64,000 bases of DNA, from contig JBNZDD010013699.1 in assembly GCA_050575255.1 (NCBI GenBank), forward strand, positions 5,970,625 to 6,034,624. Direction: 5' to 3'. Below, piece by piece: positions 12,417 to 23,989 of the stretch (within the stretch, counting starts at the first letter, position 1; each line of letters starts with the position of its first letter). Source of the DNA: Harriotta raleighana. Lineage: Eukaryota. The position numbers and the translations under genes were made by a program. A model generated the notes under the pieces. That model ran no database searches, was not told the origin of the DNA, and saw nothing but the letters and a program-made list of their open reading frames with translations.

Positions 12417-14684
12417 GTAAATTAACTTTGAGATGTTATAGAAGTATTAATTCATAACAGGAAACTTCACACCTGATGTGTTTAATAATATGTTGCAAGA
12501 TAAGTGATACACTGCACTCTTGACTGATTTTAAAAATGGGAGAAAGATAATTTGTTTAAAAAGTTAAAATGAGGCTATAAATTTTATAGAAAATATGCTG
12601 GATGTATTGTTTAGAAGCGCTGCTATGGAATAAATATATTGTTTGGAATTGGTTTGTTTTTCAACTTTGTGGCATTAAGTATCTGCACAATAGCATCTTC
12701 ATTATTTTAACTGACCAATTGGCCTTGTATAAAATTCTGTAGTGCATTTGATTATCTGGCTATACTTATCGTTAAAGTTTTTGATCTGATTCTTAATTTG
12801 ATATCTGTTTAGAATTCTTTGAAGGCATTAATCAAAACCTAACCAGGACTCTCGAAATGGAGAATATCTTCTCTTGTTTTGCTTGAATTTTGTAAATATT
12901 ATACCTGTGTCTATCAGCTCTGTGATCACAATCTTGGCCTTTATCATGGAGTATTTCTCTAGTTTGTAGTTTGCTGTGCAGTCTACTTTTAGATTTTTTA
13001 AATTTTATGAGCATTCTAGTTTATGGGAAATCACTAAGAGGAAACTTTAGCTTGAAATCCTGGAGATTGACGGGAATCAAATGACTAATTTCTTTAATAT
13101 TAAAAAAAATCTGTATTGGCCTTGCATAAAATGCAACTTATAAAACAAAAAAGGAAGTTGGAGTGAATTATTGTGTATTTGTATCAAAACAAACCGCATC
13201 TGGAGGATTACTGATGTTGTATTAATTTCTGCCTGCAGGTGGCATACAATGCTACATTAGCCTGATTCTACCTCTGGTATGCAAAATTTGTTGTTTGATA
13301 TTGCATTTACTTATAAAATACATTCAAGTAAAATCAATTTTATAATAAAGCTTCAAGAGAACTCCTAGAACAATTGTACCAAACACATAAGCAGAATAAT
13401 ACTGATTGCACCAAATGCATTGAATGATTTGAAAATAAACTTCTAAACCATAAGCATGAAGAATTTAAAGAAAGAATAAATACTGAAATAGTTATAATTC
13501 TGATTGATGAACAATCGTTCTAAATTCCCACATGATGTGGGAAATTCTTCAAGGTTAGTTTATGCACTGTTGCAATCGTTAGATAATAATAGCATTTCAT
13601 AGGGTGCCAGATGGCTGAGGTATCAACAACCAGTAATTAATTGTAAATGAGTAACTGCCAATAATAAATGCAGGGGTGTGAATTAAAATAGCAGTGCTCT
13701 TTAAGCATTGTTGGGTTTCCATTTACATAGCAGCTAATAAAATTAGTCACAATATCCCACATTGGTTCCCTTTTTTGCCATCTCAGAAGCCTAGCTTTCG
13801 ATATAACTCTTGACAAAAGAAACTTGTGTGACCTTGGGAGGACTTTACCACTGTGGTGGTGGACTACCTTCAATAGTAGCAACACCTCTTCCTGTCTCCT
13901 AAAGACATGTTTATATTGTACTTTCGGAGACCTTCAAAGTGAAGGGAGCCCCACAATTGGGTACTGCTCTCTATGCTACTGTTCCATTTACTCTACAGCT
14001 GAGTTGGTCTAATGCGGTGTTCTTGTCGGGCTCACATGTGCAGTGCTCTACAAAACATGCATGTGTATGAAGAAAGTGGCCTTGTTATGCATTGAGTGGG
14101 AGCATGCCTGGTAGAATAATATTCCCTGCATGTACATATCACATGCTTATTTTTTGTAAATCATATGGGCAACTGGCAGGATGTATTTATGAACTAGGTG
14201 GCAATGTAGTTACTTAAAAGCAGTATTTGTAAATATAAGAATATATACAATATTCGGCTTTTTTTGCATTCAAATGGAGGAAAGCATTTTCTATGTTCAG
14301 CATTTCATTTTTTATTTTAGTTTCGCAACATTTATAGTTTGTATTTTTATATCCAGGTGAGACTCTTTCTAAAAAAAATCTATTGTGCAAAGTATAATCT
14401 GAGTGGATATATTTACTCCTTTGTGTAATTCTTGCACAGGCACAGTGCCTTGGGATGTCCTCTCGACATGAAAAGCACTGTACAAATGAAATTTGTTGTT
14501 GATCTTTGTTCTAAACTGAAATTCCTTCAGCATGATGAATTACAGAAAGTGTAGAAATGCCACATATTTATTGTAGTGCAAGTCAAGTAATGAATAAACA
14601 AAACATTGCTCTTTGTAATGGTTATTCACAAATTATATTGTATTATGGCATTCCAAATGTAAACTGAATTTAATACCATTTGTC

Positions 14685-15620
14685 AGTGGCTGATTCAGTT
14701 GGTAACATTCTTGATGCTGAGTCAGAAGAGCTGCATATGATCTAAGGTGACAATACATTCAGTGCCTCAGAGAAGATGCATTGATGAAGATACTGCCCTT
14801 CGAATTAAGTGTTAAGACAAGATCCAGGCTGATTATTCAGATGGACGTTAAAAATCTTGGGTATTATTCAACAGCAACAAAATTACACTTATATTGTGCC
14901 TTTCAGGTCAGGAGGACGTCCCAAGGCTGGACAGTCGGTGTTTCAGACTTGAGCTGGGGTTGGAGAAAGGGAGCATTTGGGGGGACCGATAGGACCATCG
15001 AATAGTAGGTTCTTGAGGCTGGACTTGAAGGAGGCTAGGGAGAGTTGTAAGGTGGAGGGACTGTGGGATGGAATTTCCAGAGGTTCTGGGCAGAGTGGCT
15101 AAAGGCTCGCCCACCAATGTTGGGGTGGGTGGGTCGGGGTACATGGATTAGGTCAGAGCCTGGGGGTGGACAGGTTGGTAAGTGGTTATGAAGTCGGAGA
15201 GATAAGGTGGGGCGAGGCCATGGAGGGCTTTGAATGTGAGGACCAGGAGGACCAGGATCTTGAATTGAATCCTCTGGCTGATGGAGAGCCAATGGAGTTG
15301 CGCGAGAATGGGGGAGATAGAGTCACGGAGCTTGGAGCAGTAATGGACACAGGCCGCAGAGTTCTGGATGATCTGCAGCCTATGAAGGGAGGAATTGGGA
15401 AGGCCGACAAGCTGGGCATTGGCGTAGTCGAGCCTGGATGTGATGAAGTCATGAATGAGGGTTTCAAAAAGAGAATGGAGTTTCTTCCAGTGTCGTGGCC
15501 AACAATCCCTCAAATAAAATTGGTCATTCACTTCATGGTTATTTGTGAAACATTGCTGTGTGTAAATTAGCTACTGTGTTCACTCACAAAACAGTTATAT
15601 TCTGCAAAGTTTTAGGAACT
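14685..15620 (+). mobile_element. DeuSINE-like element split by an L2 insertion (14870-15462)
   Basis: tRNA-like head, ttcagatggacgttaaaaatc, resuming gtgtcgtggccaacaatccctc and ttgctgtgtgtaaattagct after the L2. Confidence 0.68.
14870..15462 (-). mobile_element. L2 LINE 3' fragment (RT C-terminal remnant)
   Basis: LIHDFITSRLDYANAQLVGLP..LQIIQNSAA..LHWL..RIQFKIL..GLAPPYLSD. Confidence 0.93.
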
Positions 15621-18600
15621 TCTCCAGATACAAAAAAGACACCATACCAAATGTAAGGATTATTATGATCAAATGAATTGAGGAATTCAGTCTTCATTGA
15701 CCTCAAAGTTGACACATAACCCCCTACTCCAAGGCACCAATTTATGTTTTGGTATGGTTCCACATACAAATATTCCTCCTGTACCTCACTTGAGACACCA
15801 TTATTTATGCTTGGATCTAAACAGTGTAGTGCAATTTCCTGGTTCAGGATCCCTCTCCTTGTATTTTTCTGCAGACTTTTAAGTGGCGCCATGTTTTTGC
15901 TCTTCGTTTTTTTTTAAAAACAAAGAAGCTGTCTTACCGTTGAAGTTTCCGTTATATGCGCTGTGAAACAAATTCAGTTTTGAAAGGCTGACCTTTTTCT
16001 TACCCTGAGGCTGGCAGCAGATAACATCAGAATGATTCAGTGCTATGACACAGGACGTTTTGTAACCCATTCATTTTTGTAAGAGTATGACTGTTCAGTT
16101 GATTGGAGACTGCTGCCATTTGGACAGTAGTCTCAATGTAAAGAAATTGGATTTTTTTAAAAGATGTATGGAGCGCTAATAGTTGCTCTTTTGAACTTTT
16201 GTATTTCTTTTTTAAAAATATCTGTGCATTTGTGTGAAAACTCAACCATGAATATTTACTTTAAATGAAGCTCCTTAATAAACGTAGAGCAGACACTTAT
16301 GACAAGAAGTGTTTCTGTAATCTCAAGTTGAAATTTATCATTTTCAAGCATATTACTGTATATTGCTGGTTTTCCTTTTTTTTGTTTTACACTGAATACA
16401 TATTCTGAAACCATACATTTTCAATCAAAAATGCAAAGCATAGAACAAAAGACCATTCAACGATTTAATCCCACTTCTTCACAGATAGTATAAAGTTATT
16501 TTACCATGTGCCCAACTGACTTGGAAAAATGTTCTTCAATTAATATAATAATTGTCATCCTTGCATTTGATATGGTGTTCAGTATTGTACATCTCATCAT
16601 TCCAGAAATTTTCTCTGTATGTTTGTTTGTAGGCCAATTTGCACATTTCATTGTCTCACAAACAGCCATTAAGTGAGGAACTAGAATTTTAGTGCCATGG
16701 AATTTAAAAAGTTGACATGAACCAGTAGATAGGATTCAGTTTAATTTCCCAGAGTGCATGGGTGACAATGCAGCGTTTTCCATACACTATACTGGAGTGC
16801 CAGCCTAGATTGTGTTCAAAATCCTGACGTGTCACTTGAATATACAGTCTTCTTACTTTGGGGTTTTGGTTGGTGCAGTGGGTTTGATCTGGTATCTGGG
16901 TTTGTTGATTGCAACTCAGTCTGTGAGACAAATACGTCACTTCTGTTAGTTATATGTAGGAATGTGACATAGATTTGCATACTAGCAATCCAGTTTCAAT
17001 TGTTGTGGACTTGTGCATAAATTGTGCTTAATTTGGCACTAAATTATTAGTATTCATTTGGAGTGACACAGGATGTCAAGCAACAATCCCAGAGGGCACA
17101 GAGTCAATGAAATAGTGGACGCTATTGGGCTGATGAAGTTGAAGGAGAATTGAGGGAGTTTCAAACTGTCCTCAAACATACAGTGCTGTTACTTTGAATT
17201 TTTGGATGCTGACACTGGGAGCAAAAGAAAAAAGGTCACAAAATATGCTATAATAACATTTAGTGGACTGCCCCACATTTCATTGTCAAAATGAACCAAT
17301 CAAGGTGTTGAGTTTATTTTAACTGGACTGAAAGCATATACTTTGTACTTTTCTTCTTTTAGCATTTCATGGAACAAGACCAAATATGTTATTATGATAG
17401 CATTAATCTGAACTAAAATATTTCACTGTCACATATGCTAGGGTTACTGATGGAACTTTTCTGTTGATTAAAAATGAATTGTTTAAAAGTGTGATGACTA
17501 GGAGGATCTTCATACCCACAATCTGTATATATGCTTATCTTAAAGCCTTTGATTTTTGTTTTAGAAAGTTTAAAGGTCACAGAGATGTTTGTATGTGTTT
17601 ATTGATTCTGTGCAATAACTAGTAATAAAAGTCATTTTGTTTTTAGAAAAACATGGCCATCTAATCATGGATGTGCAATCACAGGGACAATTATAGCTGT
17701 TCTACAATCACTTTGCTTCTCTTCCCACCCAAATAAATGAAATGCTGCACTAATTTGAATACTTGAAGTTGATAATGAACAGGATTGTTTTGCACATTTT
17801 GTACATCAAGGGTCAATCATCCAGGAACTAAGGGATTGCCAGAGTAACAAAGTGCACTCACTAACCGCCTGTTGCTGCAGCCATATGTTTTCACTGCTGC
17901 TTGGATTTCTGGAAGCACTATGTACAAAGCATTCAATTAAAGTGATTCATTTACCAGGTAGCAACCAGCCTGCTGCGTTCTGTATTTACCGAACTGTGCT
18001 TTAAAAGGAAAGAAAAACATGCCTGTATTTGAATTAGCCGATTTTTATGATCCTTTTGATAAAGGGCAGATGGTCTCATCTTGTGGTTTTCCTTGACAAA
18101 TTGCAGCTTTTAGATAAGTTGCAAGTTATGGTAACAGGTTAGAGTGACCGACCATGTTTGTTAAGGAAGTTCTATGTTTGTGAAGGCTATAATTCCCCCC
18201 TTCTATGGATGATATGGTACGCATGGCAGCATTTAAAATACTGCATAACATTTTTATTTTTGGAACAAAGTAAGCTTGATACATAACTGCACTTGTTGCT
18301 ATGTGTACGGTTTTGATTTCAACAACTTTGTATCTTGAATGGTACATTATTTATTTTCTATTGACTAGGAATGAAACATTTGGCATTTGTAGATGACTGT
18401 TCTAGTTTTAGGCCAATGAAATTGCCATCAACCTTGGGTAATTTATCAATTTTACCTTGGAAATAATCCATTTAAAATATACCAGGAAGAGCAGTAAAAT
18501 AGGTATGTTTAATGAGACAGATCTGAAACTGATTTAATCCTAGTTATGAAAATAATGTCAGATTACTGTAATTTTTTTAAACACGTATTTTACTTATACT

Positions 18601-18789
18601 GCAGTGGTTATACTTATCCTGGTGGTTCACATAAATGGGTCTTTGAAGCTGTCTGAACAGGTTGCTAGAACTTTTTTTAACAAAAACATAAGGGATCCTT
18701 GTCTTGAAAAATACTGTAGAGGCAAGGAAGTTCTGCAAATCCCTTACAAGTAACTTGTTACCAATCAACTGGAGTATTGTGACCAAATC

Positions 18790-19400
18790 TGTAGGAAGGA
18801 TTGATCAAGCCTATGAAGAGGGTGCAGAGGAGATTTTACTAGAATATTACCAGGGATGAGGGACTTTCGTTATGTGGAGAAGCTACATAACTTCTATTTT
18901 TCCTCCTTAGAACAAAGGAGCTTTTAATAGAGGTGTTAAAATTATGAGGAGTTTTGATAGATTAGACAATTATTCATTCACTTAATTATTTTCTTGAAAA
19001 AATCAGAATACATTCTTTGAGCCTGTAGCTCAGAGGTTAGAGGGCTGGCCCCACAAGCAAGAGACCTGGGTTACTACTGGCCACTGCTACCAATGGCAGG
19101 TGGGTCGATAACCAGGGACATAATCAAGATAATTGGCAAAAGAAATAAAAGAGATGAGGAGAATTTTTTTTACACACAGTGTTGTTACAGTCTGGAATGC
19201 ACTGTAGGAAAGGGTGGTGGAAACAGATGCAATAGCAGCTTTCAAAAGGGAATTGGATAGGTACTTGAAGAGGAAAAATGTGCAAGGATATGGGGAAAGA
19301 GCAGGGGAGTAGGGCAGATTAGGTAGCTCTTCCAAAAAATCGGCAAAGATACAAAGGGCTGAATGGCCTCTTTCTGTACTGAAATATTCTATTATTCTAT
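18790..19400 (+). mobile_element. CR1 LINE 3' fragment with ~100-bp foreign insert
   Basis: gagggtgcagaggagatttt...; gggctgaatggcctc; attctattattctatattctg tail. Confidence 0.85.
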
Positions 19401-19871
19401 ATTCTGTAATCATACTTTGGATGCTAGTCTTTGTTACATTGAAGCCATTAATTTCATAATGCATTAATTGTAATATAAAAGACTTTAATCTACTCAAACA
19501 TTAAACATGGATTTTACCACCTCTTTAACAGGCAACATATGCCAATTTAAATTAATTTCCATTTGCTCGTATATTGCTAAGTATAATTGTCCTGGACAAT
19601 AGGTAGCTGTATTTGTAATTACAGGTTTGATACAAGAATGGCACAGCCTCTTAATTTTAAAGTTAGATCTTTTGTTCTCCACCACAATCTACTTTGTTGT
19701 GCAGTTGTGTTTGCAAAATCCATCTGAACGCCAGAGAATGTTTGGCTTTGAAATCCAACAACTAAGAAAAATTAAAGCAGATTTTAAAAAAATCAAAAGA
19801 ACAACATCCCTAACTGTTAAAATCAATGGAATTAACTTGCCTTTCTAATGCTTGCCACCAACAACGAATTA

Positions 19872-20310
19872 CATTAAAACCTTGTATATCCGTGACTCGA
19901 TGAACCGGAAACCCCGTCGAACCGGAACCTCAAAAAAAAGTCCTAATTCGATAAACCGGAGGTTATCCGGCAGAATAGTGATAACGCATTTAATGAATCG
20001 ATGTCGCACGCGAATACTGGAGCAGATATTTCGGCTGGCCGCTAGTCAAGTCTAAACTCGTTTCTGCTCCTTTTAAAAGTCGCGTTTTTTTTACCTCTGT
20101 CGGGTGAGGACTGCCATTGTGAAGTTAAGTATAAATAATAAAGTACTAATACAACATTCTGTTATTATTTAGTCTTATTAATATGGTATGTGTTAAAATT
20201 ATTTAACATTTTTTTAAAAACAAATTACTTTTAAAAAAACGTTCAACCAGAAAACTGTTTAACCGCCACTGGCCAAGTCCCATGGGTGCTGGATAAACTG
20301 AGTTTTACTG
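19872..20310. mobile_element. Tigger-like MITE
   Basis: TA|cattaaaaccttgtatatccgtgac ... ggataaactgagttttactg|TA. Confidence 0.82.
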
Positions 20311-20495
20311 TACTTGTTTAGTGCCCTGATGTATATCTTGAATGGTAGATGCTGTATTGTCCCTATTCTCCTCCTGGGAATTTTATATCTAATTCTGTGG
20401 CAATCAAAGAATAAGAAAGTTTCCCACCAAGTCCTCTGTTGTACAACAAATCATCCACTTAATTGTTTTCTTGAAAAAATCACAATACAACCTCT

Positions 20496-20851
20496 GAGCC
20501 TGTAGCTCAGAGGTTAGAGGGCTGGCCCCACAAGCAAGAGACCTGGGTTTGATTCCCAGCAATGAGAAACATTGAGCAAGTTTCCTTACTCCACATGCCT
20601 CTCTTTACCTAAAAGCAAGCAGGAACCTGTTGTTAGTTGATTGGTGGATCGCTTTTCCATTGGTAATAATTCCCTAAAAAAAAAGTAGTCATTTAATTCT
20701 TGACTGTTTGTGGGACACCATCGTGTGCAATTCGCTGTCACATTCTGCCTAAAACATTTACAGTCAATTCACTTTACAGTATATTCTGTGAAGCACTTTG
20801 AGACATCTCTAAGAGGTGATCAGTGCTATATCAAATGCAATGATTATTATT
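20496..20851 (+). mobile_element. tRNA-derived SINE, near full length
   Basis: A/B boxes, conserved body, gctatatcaaatgcaatgattattatt tail. Confidence 0.87.
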
Positions 20852-20880
20852 GAGTTTTCCATGCTAAATTCTGTAATATA

Positions 20881-21372
20881 CAGTAAAAGCCAGTTTATCC
20901 GTGACTCGATGAACCAGAATTTCCGTATAACCAGTATGTCAAAAAAAAGTCCCCATCCAATTAACCGGATGTTATACGGCAGAATAGCGGTGGCACATTT
21001 AATGAATCGATTGTTGCACAAGAGTACTGTACAGATATTTTGGCTTGCCCCTAGTAGAGCTTTAAGGTCACGCTGCCGTTTTTTTCTATTGCGTGGCGTC
21101 CACCATTGCAGAAGTTAAGTATAAATAATAAAGTACCAATACAATACTCTGTTATTACTGTATTTAGTCTACTATTGTATTTATTTTGGTACAGTGTACA
21201 TTTACAATAAAGTACCGATACAATATTCTGTTATTATCTGTTCTTATTTAGTCTATTATTAATATGGTATGTGTTAAAATAAGTTTTTTTGTGTGTTGGG
21301 TTTTCTAAGTCAGATGCTGTTTAACCGGCATTGGCCAGGTCATGCGAGTGCCGGATAAACAGACTTTTACTG
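20881..21372. mobile_element. Tigger-like MITE
   Basis: TA|cagtaaaagccagtttatccg ... cggataaacagacttttactg|TA; homologous to the 19872 and 6407 copies. Confidence 0.88.
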
Positions 21373-21832
21373 TAGTTAGTTTTTCAGTTAGATTTCACAA
21401 AATATATCGCTTACCCTGTCAGACTGCACAAATTTCTAAATTTTGTATTGGAATGAAGTTTACAATTGTAATACATAACAATTGTTTTCTCTTAATTAAA
21501 GTCAGATTACAGACTATTGCAATATCTAACTCTAAAGCATTGGTTTCTTGTGTATATTTTTTCTAACTGTAAAAGTAATTAAAACAGCAAAATGCATTTG
21601 TATAGCACCTTTTATATCAGGGGGATATCCCAAGGCATAAAATCTAATGCAAAAATTTTTTACTTACAAAGTGCAATTTCTACACTTAATACTATATCCT
21701 GTGAAACACTTTGAGATTTTTTTTGTGTGAAAAATGCAAAATCAAATGCACGGATTATTATCTAATTTTTGTTTCTTGTAATTAATCATTTTTCCAAATG
21801 AATAAACTTCTTATCTTTTTTACCCAAACCAG

Positions 21833-21961
21833 GATGTCCTGAATACACTTATTAAGCACTGTTCACCCCGCTTTTTCCTGTTTGGTTTACCTGGTTTCAG
21901 TATGATGATAGGAGATTTCATCACAGCTGCCACCCAAATCCTCAGTTTAGAAACGTTGGAT
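21833..21961 (+). CDS. RALGAPA2: RALGAPA2 exon ([15 protein letters not shown]...LETLD)
   Basis: ccag / GAT|gtaagt, 129 nt. Confidence 0.96.
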
Positions 21962-22299
21962 GTAAGTATGATCATTTTGTCCCAATGGACTCACAGCAGC
22001 TAATGAGGTTCAGATTTCTCCACTCAGACAGGTGTTTTCTCATTAATGCAATGTGAGGCTGGGTGCTCAGGGCAGATACCATGGCAGCCAATGTGGGAGG
22101 CAGAGAGTATAGCTCAAAGGTGTTTCATCAAACTGCTATAAGTGAGAAACCATTTACTTGTCAATATTATAGTACCTTTCACTCAAACAAAAATCTAAAT
22201 TGTTTTTTAAAATCCTTTTAGCTATACAGTTCTAAATATAATTATTGTAAATAGACAATTGTTATTAAAAAGCAATGCATTTTGTTGTGTATTATGTAG

Positions 22300-22428
22300 G
22301 CTCCACGTTGCGAAGCACAAATTCTTCTTGGCTCTCTGGTCTGTTTCCCTAATCTCTACCACCAGATGTTGCTGCTGCAGCCTGTTGCTGGTGCCACTGA
22401 CATCATCACAGGAAATGAAGACATCAAG
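22300..22428 (+). CDS. RALGAPA2: RALGAPA2 exon (APRCEAQILLGSLVCFPN...NEDIK)
   Basis: tgtag / AAG|gtaatg, 129 nt. Confidence 0.96.
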
Positions 22429-22761
22429 GTAATGCAGGTTAACTGCCTGGAATAGAGGAAAAATTGTTGAGCCGAAGATTAGCATTGCAATATGAAATTC
22501 TGTTGTGCTTGAATTAATCTCTTGCTGTGACCACGTGTACTTTTTCAAAGCTTTTTGTTAGTTGTTTACCAGCTTGCCTTGTTAATTTTAGAATCACTTT
22601 GATCATTTGGCAAAATATATAAAGAATATCTTAGAAAACTGGCCTACTCCCACAAAATGAAGTATCTTGATAAGTAAAGGTCTCAATTTCACTATATGAG
22701 TTCACCTTCTCATTTGTCAGTCTTAAATATTGAAACTATTTTGTTATTTCAAATGGTATAT

Positions 22762-22980
22762 ATGGGTATCCCCTGATTTACATGTTTCTATTTACACTGT
22801 TTCGATTTAACAAACATTTGGTTTTGTTTTAAAGCCAAAAAAATGTGCGCATCTGTTTTGCGCATGCGCAGTACATAGTGTATTTCATGGGACCGCATGG
22901 GAAACTATTTCAATTTACGATGTTTCAATTTGTGTGACATTTTTCAGGAACGCAATCCTGTCATAAATCGTGGATACCTG
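22762..22980. mobile_element. Tigger-like MITE (second family)
   Basis: ggtatcccctgattta ... taaatcgtggatacctg|TA; internal TGCGCATGCGCA. Confidence 0.7.
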
Positions 22981-23989
22981 TATTGGTTTTCAGTTTCACT
23001 TCATCGATTTAACCATTTTGTCTCATATTTACATTTCCCAGATTTTTTAATGAAATATAAATTTTCATTTGTCTATCTTGTTAAAGATCAGATAGTGTAC
23101 AATCCAATTTACTACTTTGTAGAAAGAGAAATTACACCAGTCTTTCCTTGTGTACTTGAAATTACAACGGTGCTATTAGGAGATAATACCAGATTTTCTG
23201 ATTTTTCCAGCTATTTCATGCTAATTCTCCATTGGTGTTTTGCACCCATTACCTGTTTTCATTTATTTAAAAATTTGAACAAGATAAATACATTTATTTG
23301 AGTTGAGGGATCATGTAATATAAGTGATGCAATTCAAGATACTTAAAGATGAACACAATCAGGATCTTGCTACATTTGAATCCTAATTGCAGATAGATAG
23401 AATCTTCCTTTGACAGGAAGATTCGTCTGTTATTTCCTGTACTGCAGTAGATGTGGTGACTTGCAATTAAATGTCCATACCAGGTGGACCGATTGAACTG
23501 TCCATTTCCAATCTGTTTCAGATTGAAGTAGAATCTTTCCATATAAACGTAAATTCATGTCCTTGCACATCATTTTGGTGAATGAAAAACAATGTGACAA
23601 CATTGGTAGTATTCAAATAAACCATTTGTCAAGAAATTGCACTAAAATGTACAACTGAAATTGCTCAAGATGAAACTTCCATGAGGCTCCTCACATGTTT
23701 TATCAAATATTGAAAATTATTTAAACTAATTGTAAATGAGGTCAAAGTTTAAAATCTTAAAGTTCTATTTGCAGCAGTATTATTGTACACAGTATTCTAT
23801 ATTGTGATGGTGAAGTCTTTTGATGAGCTGAGCTATGTGATCCATTGTTTAGCTTTTATGGGACTAAGGTGACACCAGAGTGATATGGAATTGTGTGAGA
23901 GTGGGAATTAGATGTAGAAAGGGAAGTAGGTGCAAATTTTAAAAATATATATGGTATAATATTGACAATAATATAATAACATGTCTGTG

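Noticed and set aside
13239-13276. 38-nt exon-like segment (cctgcag...CTG|gtatgc) with in-frame TGA
   Set aside because: Such splice-site pairs arise by chance in long introns; no further support.
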